DNA of 64,000 bases from Mobula hypostoma (lineage: Eukaryota), in assembly GCF_963921235.1 (NCBI RefSeq), contig NC_086097.1, positions 181,910,001 to 181,974,000 on the forward strand, written 5' to 3'. The stretch's first letter is position 1, and each line of letters opens with the position of its first letter. The notes beneath the pieces are model-generated. The model was not told the origin of the DNA. It made no database searches and was given only the letters and a program-made list of their open reading frames with translations. The position numbers were made by a program, and so were the translations under genes. Below, one piece after another: positions 1 through 10,707 of the stretch.

Positions 1-393
1 ACTAGAGTGCAGTAGATCGAGGGGAGATCTTGTAGAGGTATACAGAATTATGAGAGTATAGAAAGGGTGAATGCTTGCAGGCTTTGCCCCATGAGGTTGG
101 GGGAAGACTAGACCTAGAGGTTATAGATTTAGGATAAAGGGTGAAATATTTAAGAGAAATCTCAGGGGGAGCTTCATCACTAGAGGGTGGTGAGAGTGTG
201 GAATGAGCGAACGTTGTAGATGCAAGTTCACTTGTAATATTGAAGAGAAGTTTGATTATGTACATGGATGGGAGAGGTATGGAGAACTATGGACCAGGTG
301 CAGGTAGATGGAACTCTACAGAAGTACAGGCTGGCATGGACTAGATAGGTTGAAGGGTCTGTTTCTGTGTTGTAGTGTCTCTATGACTATAAC
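1..393 (+). mobile_element. CR1-clade LINE, 3' end (ORF2 C-terminus plus 3' UTR), degenerate
   Basis: Translates as LECSRSRGDLVEVYRIM, the CR1 ORF2 C-terminal motif. It is followed by a CR1-type tail ending gtctctatgactataact. Confidence 0.8.
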
Positions 394-1264
394 TGGTGAA
401 TATATATTCCACCTCATCAATCAAATAAATGGGTTTCAGATGCATGTGGTGTGTTGCCGTTCAGTTGTATGCTACAAACTTATAGGAGAGGAATGGAAGG
501 CAGTTAGTATGTTATTTCTAACTTGAAGTTGGATATGTACAAGTACTTGCCAACCCACAGATATTTGTTACCCTACTAACCTCAGGATTTTGGCCTTAAA
601 GGGATAGACATGCCAAGAAATAGCTCAATAATAACTTATGAATTGCACAATAAACCTGAATGATTACAAGTTTGGTGTAATGTTTCATCCTAAATTATAG
701 TTCCTTTATGCCTGTGATAACTCTCAGAAGAGCGATACCTTGATTAAAAAAAATCTCTGCTTTATTAACCAATCCTTTTATAATCTTTCTTTGCAATCTC
801 CAGTTTGAGATCTCTGCAATTCTCTAATTCGAGCCATTTTACAGGATCACAATAGACACCACTTGATGCACTAGATGGGTTTGATGTAAGAACAATCTAG
901 CTGGACCCACTCCCCTGCTCTCTTCCTTTACACCAGTATATTCTCTCTTTTCAGATATCTTTCCATCTTCTTTTTCAACAATGATGCAGTCAAATGTGCC
1001 TCTATTGCTAACAAAGCACTTGTGGAAAAGAAAATTATCCACCATGTTAGTTTCGGTTATTTTACTGTCATTTTCTTTCTTAACCCATTTCCTGTGTGAG
1101 CAGTTTAGCTAAATCTGCTCTGTACTCTTAAAGAATCCATACCTCGATCTGATCTCTTTTTGACCTTCTTTGTTTCAAGAACAATTACAGCATCTCCAGT
1201 TGATCACTTAACTTAGAAACATTTTGTTTAATCTCTCGCTTCTCTCAATACTTGACATTTTCTT

Positions 1265-1466
1265 TTGATTTCCACCATTGCTCTCAAATGCCAAACCTCT
1301 GGCTGTCCCTTCCTAACTCGTTCCATTGCTCCAGTATTTAGTTTGACCAGGTTTCTGATCATCAACATAATTTTCTGCTTGGGTGGTTGAAAGGCAAATC
1401 TTGTTTAATAATGCTTTTGTGAAGCTTCTTCAGATGTATTACTGTGGTGAAGAACTTGTATAAGTA
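1265..1466 (+). mobile_element. Old L2-like LINE 3' tail
   Basis: The end ...gtgaagcttcttcagatgtattactgtggtgaagaacttgtataagta resembles the L2-type 3' terminus. Heavily decayed. Confidence 0.35.
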
Positions 1467-4400
1467 CTTATTCCTGATTTCCAATTCCTTGCATTGTTAG
1501 AGCACAGGACGTAACCATCCGGCCACTTTTCTGGTCGACCAGTTGGATTCTAGTCATTCCCGTTCCTTCACTCTTCCTCCATAAATGTATATATTTTACT
1601 GTCATTTACTGTATTTATCCAGTTTGCTTTTGAAAGATCCAGTTAGTCTGCATTCACCATACTTGCGGTTGTAGTGCATTCCAGACTATATGTGTTCTTA
1701 AGTTTATTGTTGACACAGGCACAGATATACGGGGTATAAATACCGTGAAAATTAGTTTACAGAAGCCGCACTGTTCATGACAAGACAAACATAAGGTAAC
1801 ATAACTGAAAATAACAAATTATACATAACCTACAAATGTGCAAAAAAAAAAATTAATGACACTGATGCTGGATTGAGAGAGTGAGAAAGTAATATATTCC
1901 CAGGTAGTGTTAGTGTTAGTGTTTCTCAGGTCATCTCAAGAACAGTAGGGAAAAAGGTATTTCCTCCTAAGATGTGAAACTATAATCCAAGCTGCTTAAA
2001 TTCTGATAAATTGATAAAATACACATGGTACCTGAGATGGAGGAACATTTGGATAGTGTCAGATGCCTGTGTAAGTGTGTATACATTCTCTAAGTGTTAG
2101 GGGTACTTGTTTCTTAGAAATAAATTGAGTACAGTCCTGTGGAGATCCTCTAGTCAATGGCACACATACCAGTTAATGGTTTAACCAGTCACCATTGTGC
2201 AAGTTCCTGTCACTATTTTACCTTGTGCCTTGTTTTTTGTTTTCAGTATACTTATACATTTCCACCTCTTTCCCAGCCAAATAGTTGTGGGTGTGTTCAG
2301 TAAAGGAACTTTCCATTTTGATTTGGGCCAAAGGGCTTGTTTCCATATGATTTATTATAAACTATAAAACAATTAATATTCTTAAAGAATATCTTCACAA
2401 AGCTCCCAAAGATTTTTTTGTATTCAGAATAAGTGAAGAATGTGCAGTACAACAGCTTTTGTTTTAGGGTAATCCAACTTTGCAATAAAGGCAGCAGAAG
2501 AGTTCCTTCGCTATTTTCACAAGTGTTATGGAGAACAGAGGCAGGCACACGCTGTCTATGTTGACCAAGTATCTATACCAATTCCATTCACCAGCACTTT
2601 GGTCTGGTGTCTTCCGTGCCTTAGTGATCCAAGTGCTTGCCTAGATACTTGTAATTTGCAGAAGTCTCTGTCTCTGACACTTTTTCAGACAGTGCATTCC
2701 AAACCCCGTCACAAATTCCTTAGTACAGCAATTTATCTCAAGAAACATCACAGAAGCACCATCAAACAAAATCTGACTGGTGAAAGATATCATTCCTATC
2801 GCCTCTCGAAACCTCTTATCCCCTTGTCTTAAACTTGTATCGTCCAGTTATGAACACCTTTATAATAGGGGAAAAATTACCAGTTTCCCCTATACACATC
2901 ACTCATAATTTCATACACTTTTATCAGAAACCTCTCCGTCTTCTCTGCTGTAATGAAAACGGTCCAGCCTATCCATTCTTTCCTCATAACCGAGACATTC
3001 CATCCCTGGAATTGACATATACTTGCCTTTACTAAAATGTATGTTTAAGGAGAGAAAGCAAACCCCTATTTTATACTTTATACTTTATGGTCGCCAAACA
3101 ATTTTGATATCCTTGCATTAAATCTGAACCTGAACAAAAACAAAAGAACTGAGCGGTGTACCTGAGAAATTGGCAGAAGACTATGAAAATCAAAAAAAAG
3201 TCTTTGGACACTGGAAATATGAAATAAAACAGTAAATGGTGGCAGACCCAAGTAGGTTTGGCTGCACTTATGGAGAAAGGAAAAGGAAAAAAAATCTCTT
3301 CATTAGATGACCCATTCCAGCATTTGTTGTTTTTCTTGGTGTGAGGCTGTCTCTCTTCCACTTGGCACCTATTTGTACATTTCCACAAAATGCCTGACAT
3401 TTCCCTTGGTGAGTATTTGTTAGCCTTTTATTGCAATATTAATCTGACCCTCAAGTTAGAAATCATAAAATCACCCGAATCATGGTCCAACTTTGATCAG
3501 ATTTCTTCTCTGTTCGACTCTTTTGTTATTATGCAATGGCCACTTGTTAGTGCTGAATTTGCACTTGTATTTGGAGTCATACTTTTGACAGCTAGTGATG
3601 GGTATACTCTACTTAAACTCTTAATTGCAAACAATTTTGACTTAAATAGCTTGCACTGTGTACTATCCATCAAAACATGAGGTGATCTGTTTCAGACTTG
3701 AGATGCTCAGCATTTTCTGTATTCCAGACTCAGAATTCCTCCTTTGTAGGTGTTGGTGATGGGTTGTTGTTCAGTAGAGTTTTCATGACCTTTTTTTTCT
3801 CATTCCTTCTCTTTTTCTGCAGTGAGACTATACCACATCAGTATGTAGTCTAGTTTTGACCCATTTTAGCTAGAATATTCATTGTCACTGTATCACCTTC
3901 ATTTTCCACTTCAATTGTGTAACATCCTACTATTGTAACCACTCAGGTACAGAGGAGTACCGTTTAGTCCTGGCAGCTTATGCAAGCAAACACCTTTCTC
4001 TTCTTGTGGGTCTGATGACGATTCATCATCGCTAAAGTATTTGTCTCAATTGAGGCTTTGAGGTTTCTATGACAATGATTAGCTCTTATATCTGCAATTA
4101 AGACACTCTGATACGAATGGAGTGTATTCTCCACCCAATCAGTCAGTCATTGTCTCTTTGTCTCAAATTTATTAGGCCTTTGAGCTGTTGGGGCATCCTA
4201 TTTTGGTACTGTCACTGAGTGAAGCTGAGAATGTTACATTGAGATATTGAAGATGGCTTTTCACAAGAATTCCTGATTCAGAATCCATTAGATTTTGTCA
4301 TTATTGCTCTGCTTTTTAATTTTTTTTACACTCACAGACCGTTAACTGCTCTTGCAATTTGTGGCAACCTCGAAATGTCTTTTATGGCAGTACAGTCTAC

Positions 4401-4564
4401 CCATTCTATTTTTGTGATGACTGCTTCAATCCTCAGCCTCCAGGTTACAAAATCACCTTTGTTTTACTCTACTTTGCTAGCAGTTTGAAGCAATGTCGTA
4501 TGTCACCGAAGACTTGCGAATTTCTATAGATGATTGTGGAGAGCATTTTAACTGGTTACATCAC

Positions 4565-4920
4565 AGACTGGTGTGGAGCCTCCATTGCACAGAATCGCTA
4601 GAGACTGCAGAGGGCCGTGGATTCAGCCAGCTCCATGATGGGCACAACTGTCCCCACCATCGAGATATCTTCAAGAGGTGGTGCCTCAAGAAGGTGACAT
4701 CCTTTACTAATGAGATTCACCTCTGGGACCTGCCCTCTTGTTACTACCATTGAGGAGGAGTTACAGGAGCCTGAAATGATTCAGGAACCACTTCTTTCCC
4801 TTCTGCCATCAGATATTTGAATGGTCCATGAGCACTATATCATTATTCCTTTTATTTCGGACTATTTATTTATTTATTTTGTAACTCCTAGTAATAATGT
4901 ATCTGCTGCAACCCAGCAAT
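4565..4920 (+). mobile_element. Rex1/Babar LINE 3' fragment
   Basis: Frames read RLQRAVDSASSMMGTTVPTI and DIFKRWCLKK, which match the Rex1/Babar C-terminal region. Confidence 0.7.
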
Positions 4921-4939
4921 TTTCACAGTATACGGTACA

Positions 4940-5291
4940 TGTGTATACAAGATGGTAGGATACACTGATAGAGTAAACAGCCAGGGCCTCCTTCCTAGGG
5001 TGTCAGTGGCTAATATGAGAGGGCACACTTTTTAGTGATTAGTGGAAAGTATAGGAGAGATGTCAGAGGTAACTTCTTTTTTACAGAGTTGTAAGTACAT
5101 GGAATGATGGGGTGGTGGTAGAGGCAGATACATTAGGGACATTTAAGAGACTCTTCATTAGGCACAAGGATAAAAGGAAACTAGAGAGTTATGTGGAAGG
5201 GAAGGATTAGATTGATCTTGGACTAAGATTGGCACAATATAGTGGACCAAAGGGCCTGTACTGTGCAGTACTGTCCTTTGTTCCATGTTCA
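4940..5291 (+). mobile_element. CR1 LINE 3' fragment
   Basis: Same CR1 C-terminal coding remnant and 3' tail (aagggcctgtactgtgc...tgttccatgttc) as other copies in the window. Confidence 0.7.
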
Positions 5292-5311
5292 ATATAAGTC
5301 AGTAACAATAA

Positions 5312-5835
5312 ACCAGACACGAGAAAATCTGCAGATGCTGGAAATTCAAGCAACGCGCAGAAAATGCTGGTGGAACGCAGCAGGCCAGGCAGCATCTATA
5401 GGAAGAAGTACAGTCGACGTTTTGGTCCAAGACCCTTCGTCAGGACTAACTGAAAGAATAGATAGTAAGAGATTTGAAAGTGAGAGGGGGAGGGGGAGAT
5501 CTGAAATGATAGGAAGGGGAAGGATGAAGCTAAGAGCTGGAAAGTTGATTGGGGAAAGGGATACAGAGTTGGAGAAGGGAGGGGAGGCCTAGGGAGAAAG
5601 AAAGGGGGAGGGAAGCCCAGAGGAAGATGGAGAGCAGGCAAGGAGTGATTGTGAGAGGGACAGAGAGAGGAAAAAAAGGGGGAAATAAAAATAAATAAGG
5701 GATGGGGTAAGAAGGGAAGGAGGGGCATTAATGGAAGTTCTCCAACTTGATGGCACGAACATTGATTTCTGTAACTTCCGTTAATGCCCCTCCTTCCCTT
5801 CTTACCCCATTCCTTATTTTTTTTATTCCCCCTCC
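5312..5835 (-). mobile_element. Penelope-like element terminal repeat with inverted end and degenerate hammerhead
   Basis: 5312-5739 is the reverse complement of the sequence that follows the GIY-YIG ORF at 37350-37743. 5741-5835 is a short inverted copy (5701-5739 pairs with 5773-5810). Hammerhead at 5411-5448 has GAAA changed to AAAA. Confidence 0.85.
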
Positions 5836-5944
5836 TCTTTTTGAAAAATATTGAGATGATCTGCTTTTGGGTGCTGCTGTTTGAGGGAGAAGCTTTAATG
5901 TATAATTGCAGGAAATCTATTTTGATCCATTGCTTATACTGTGG

Positions 5945-6135
5945 TCAGAGGCCCCTTCCTGAAGTCCACATCAATTCCTTGGTCTTCCTGATGTTGAGTG
6001 CAAGATTGGTGTTGTGACAGCACTCAACCAACTGATCTTTCTCACTCCTGTATGTCTCCTTGTCACCATCTGAGATTCTGCCAGGAACAGTGGTGTCATT
6101 GATGAATTTACAGATAGCATTTAATTGTGTTTGAG
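5945..6135 (-). mobile_element. Rex1/Babar RT fragment
   Basis: The ORF contains CKFINDTTVPGRISDGDKETYR...CHNTNLALNIRKTKEL, a decayed KFADDTT RT motif. Confidence 0.75.
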
Positions 6136-6342
6136 CCTTTATTTTGTCCACTGCTCTGCCATCTCTGCAACTCAGAATATGTTTGATTTCTATCTTTTCC
6201 AAATGCTGCTGATTGGTCATCGACCTAAAATGTTAACTGTCTGACTTGTCCCCTGACATTCTCTTTTCTTCTCCTCCCATTGGGCAGAAGATGAAAATGC
6301 CTAAAAAGCATGTACCACTGGGCTGAAGGATATCTTCTACCC

Positions 6343-6605
6343 GAAGCAACACACACAAAATGCTGAAGGAACTCAGCAGGCCAGGCAGCATCTTTGGAAA
6401 AGAGCAACAGATACATTTCAGGCCGAGACCCTTCATTAGGACTGGAAAGAAAGAGAAGTCAGAGTAAGGAAGTGTGGGGAGGGGAGGAAGAAATACAAAG
6501 TGATAGGTGAAACTGTAGGAAGGGTGAAGAAAGGATCTGGGAAGTTGATTGGTGATTGAGATAAAGGTGGAGACAAAGGAATCTGATGGGACAGGACAGA
6601 AGACC
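6343..6605 (-). mobile_element. Penelope-like terminal repeat fragment with decayed hammerhead
   Basis: Contains gcaacacacacaaaatgctgaaggaactcagcaggccaggcagcatc and ggccgagacccttcattaggac, homologous to the other PLE copies. Confidence 0.75.
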
Positions 6606-7094
6606 TCTCACCTTTGTGATGGCTTCTACCTAGCTGTTATGAGATATTGAATGGTGCCTTCGTATAAGAAGATGTATATTTGACCTTGAAATCCACCTTA
6701 TTATGACTTTGCTCATTATAGCCTGCAGTGCAATTTTTCTGTAACTGTAACACTTTATTCTGCATTCTATCAATGTTCCCCCTTGTACTACCTCAATGTA
6801 TAATTTGTATGAACAGTCTGCACAAGTTTTTCACTGCACTTCAATACATGTGACAATAATAAACAATTTACTTGTTGGAAACATGGTAATGTTTCCAGCA
6901 TTTTGTGTTATCCCAGATTTATATCTTTTGCAGTATTTTTGTTTCTTCATAACCTGTTTTTGTTACTGGTCGAGTAATCCTAAATAGAAACTGAAAGTGC
7001 TGGAAATACTCAGCTTTTAGGAAGCTTCTGTTGGAGTGAGAAACAACATTGTCACTTCACATTTGTGACACCTTGCGTTTGTTGCATTTTGCTT

Positions 7095-7410
7095 TGGTCA
7101 CTGATCCAGTAATTCTGATTCAAACACCATACCAGCTGTGGGATTTAAGTTCAGCCAATTAATTAAATCTGGAATAAACAGCTCGTCTCAATAATGGAAA
7201 CCATAATTGTCAGCCAAATTATCATAAAACCTCATCTGTTCCACTAATAAGGGAAGGAAATCTACCATCCCATTTTGGCCGAATGTGGAACCCCCATCAA
7301 TGTGGTTGCCTGCTCACTGATCTCTGAAATGGCTGTGTGATCTGCACAGTTCCTGTGCAATAAATGTCAGCCTTGTCAATGGCCCACACTTCTTGTGAAT
7401 ACATTAAAAA
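7095..7410 (+). mobile_element. DeuSINE (SacSINE1-like) remnant
   Basis: Has a Deu-domain-like core (aaaacctcatctgttccactaat...agggaaggaaatctaccatcc) and the tail gcaataaatgtcagccttgtcaatggcccacac. Recognised from memory and not aligned. Confidence 0.5.
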
Positions 7411-8679
7411 CAAAAGCTGCTGGAGAAAATGATAACCATGATTCCAACCTGAGGTTTCCTAAATGAAAGATGATGGTTTTGTACCTCTTTATTGTAACAA
7501 TGTCAGAGACTGAGGTTGTGTGTACAAGTGATGAAGAATTCATATGACAAGCTGCTGGATAGGTGCTTCATAGAGGGCTCGCCCAACCTGGGTTGGCCAG
7601 CTTGATATAGAGAAGGTAACTTTTGTGAATAGTGAATGCACTAAATTGTGAAAGCATCAGTAAATTTCGATTCAGATTCATTTATTTATCACATGTACAG
7701 TATATTGAAACATACCAACATAACCTAAGGATGTGCTGAGGCAGCCTGCCAGGGTTGCCACACATTCTGGTGCCAACATAGCATACACACAATATTCAGC
7801 AGAACACAAGCAACAACAAAACAACAGCAAAATAAGTTAATTTCCTCCTGCCTACACACTGTCTGTCACACGCACAGGCCTCCAACACTGGGACAAGCTG
7901 CCTTTGTTCTTCCAAGCCTCCTGTGGGCTCGTGGACTGGTAGACTTGCAGACATCAGGCCTCCGACTTCTCCAGTGCACACACAAGGCAACAAGCCTCCT
8001 GATGTACGTGTTTCACATGGAACATGTCTGTGTAAGAATGGGAAGGGGCAGGTGTTGTATCTTCAGTATGTGAGTAGTACTGTGGGACAGAGAGTGTCAG
8101 TACATCAGTGAAGAATGAACCAAAGTGTTGCAGAAGGGATGTCCCAATGGTATGGGGAAGGAGAAAGGAAAATAAAAGGTTGACAAAGGCACCTAGAGTT
8201 CCTTTCTGAATCCTGCCTACATCTTTACAGGATCCTGTTTGAAACAACCTTGCTGAGCTTCTGAACTTCTGCTTTGCATTTACTTTCTGGTTTGGGTTCA
8301 ATATTTTTATGGCTGTTCTGTGAAATGATTTAAGTTCTTGCTTTACATTAGAGGTGCAGTATAAATAATCTTTTATGAGCTAGTTTTTCATGGAAATAAA
8401 TTTAGTCATCAATGGTCTGGGCTGTGAAAAGCTTGGTGTGAGCTGGCTGTGATTATGTAAAATTCTTTCTGTAGTGGCTGCAGCAGATCATTACAATTAA
8501 GGTCTGAACATAAATCTGCACAATTAGTGCAATAGACAGAAAAATGAGCAGGCACGTCAATTTCTTCTTGTCAATTGTAATTAAGGATGCTAAGGATTGC
8601 TGCTCTTTCTGCCTTGTTTCCTCAGTGAGAATAACATGATTTAAATGACTTGAGAATTATAAGAGGCTTTTGAATTATA

Positions 8680-9268
8680 GTTTCATGTAGTTGAACAGCA
8701 TGGAAATGAGTCCTTCGACCCACTGCATCTGTGCTGACCTATTTGCCCATCTATGTTCATCCAATTTGACTGGTTGAAGTCCATATCCTATCATGCCTTC
8801 CCTATTTAAGTATTTGTCTTCATGCCTCTTAAACATGTATTTACTTCTACTGCTTTCTGTATGGCCAGTTCCAGATACCAGTCACTGTGTAACAAAAGAG
8901 CTTGCACTTCAGGTCCCCTTTAAAACTCATCCCTCTCACCTGAAACCTTGTTTTTTAATATCCTTAGCATGGGGGAAAATATTTTGACTATCTTCCCCAT
9001 CTATGCCTGTCATAATCTCAAGATACTTTGTTAGGTCACCTCTTGGATTTCTTTGCTCTTAGGGAAACAAGATCAGTCTACCCAATCACTTATAAGTGAA
9101 GCCCTTGATTCCAGGCAATATGGTGATGAATTTCTGCCATTTTTAGTTGATATGTTCTGTTGGTACTTGACGTCCCAGAATGCATTACTTCACGCTGTCT
9201 GGATTAAAATCCGTTTGCTTTTGTCTCACCTAACTTTTCAATTGATCTATGTCCTCTATATCCTTTAA
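8680..9268 (-). mobile_element. Old CR1 3' fragment
   Basis: Reverse-complement CR1 tail and C-terminal coding remnant, decayed. Confidence 0.6.
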
Positions 9269-9274
9269 GACCCC

Positions 9275-10018
9275 AGTTGTATGATGGAGAGTGTATTGAG
9301 TGGCTGCATCACAGCCTGGTATGAAAACAGGAATGCCCTTAAATGGAAGATCCAGTAATAATAAAAAAAGTAGTGAATTCAGCCAAGTCCATCATAGGTA
9401 AAACAATAAGACCATAAGATATAGGAGCAGAAGTAGGCCATTCAGCCCATCCAGTCTGTTCTGCCATTCAGTCATGGGCTGATCCAATTCTTCTAGTCAT
9501 CCCTGCTCCCCTGCCATGTCCCTTAATGCCCTGGCTAATCAACGCTCCTCACCATTGAGCACATCTACACAGGAGTTGTCACAGGAAAGTAGCATTCATC
9601 ATTAGGGACCCCCACCACTCAGATCACTGGTGCCATCAGGAAGGTGGTACAGGAGCCTCAGGACTCACACTATCAGGTTCAGGAACAATCATTACCCCTC
9701 AACCATCAGGCTTCTGAACCAGTGCAGACTTCACTCAACTTCAAATGCCCCATCACTGAGCTGTTCCCACAACCTATATACACACTTTCATGGGTCATCT
9801 CATGTTCTCAACATTTATTATTTATCATTTATGTATTATTATTATTTCTGTTTTCTTTCATTTTGTATTTGTGCAGTTTATTGTTTTTTACACACTTGTT
9901 GTTCCGCCCTGTTGGTACGGTCTATTGTTATTGGAGTTATTGAGTATGGCTGGAAGAAAATTAAAATCAAGGTTGTATATGGTGACGTAAGAGTTGTGAT
10001 AATAAATTTACTTTGAAC
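9275..10018 (+). mobile_element. Rex1/Babar 3' end interrupted by a short reverse CR1 tail (~9405-9543)
   Basis: Reads ESVLSGCITAWY and PSGRWYRSLRTHTIRFRNNHYPSTIRLLN. The 3' tail ends aataaatttactttgaac. Confidence 0.8.
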
Positions 10019-10707
10019 AACCTTCTTTGCTATATGCTAGTCTCATAATAGTTTAAACACTTTGTAAGCTGTCCACTTACATTTTTACCCGTCATTTATT
10101 TATATGACAAAGAACAAAGGTCCCAGTAGTACAAAACTGCTCACACATTTCAGCTCAGAAAAATATGTGTTGTCCGTGGCCCTGTGCCCCCCCAACACCA
10201 AGCCAATATTGGATCCAGTTTGTTAATACGGCTTGCATTCTTTGTGCCTTTTGGACCAACCTGCCATGCAAGGCTGTCAAAAGTCTTGCAAGATCACATC
10301 TGCTCTGTTTTCTTAATGATCTTAAAATTTCATTAAGGTATGATGGAATATCTCAGTATTAGGATATCTGTGGTTATCTTTCTACTTTGATGGTTTCCTG
10401 CAATCACTCTTTTAAAGGTTCCAAATCTTTTTATGCTTTTGAGCCTTACCATGAACCAAGGGATCCATGGACCCCAGTTTGCAAACTCCTCCTTCAGTAG
10501 GATGTTCTAAAATGTGTTGCATAAGACTCCATTCTCCTCTGGAAGCTACCCATTAATGCATTGGATTGTGAGAGAGTATGTTAGGAAAGATGCTGAGAGA
10601 TTATTTCCCAGCCTGGAGGAAAGTAGGAGGAGGGGCATAACTTCAGAAAGAGGGGTTTCCCATTTAAGACATGTAAGTTACTCTGAATGTTTGTTGACTA
10701 CTTGACC

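Noticed and set aside
2230..2250. Splice acceptor tgtttttgttttcag
   Set aside because: No convincing downstream donor or coding frame.
5242..5728. ORFs over the PLE terminal repeat (also 10879-11343, 37410-37746, 45721-46153)
   Set aside because: Chance frames across a low-complexity purine/pyrimidine-rich UTR repeated in many copies. They are not genes.
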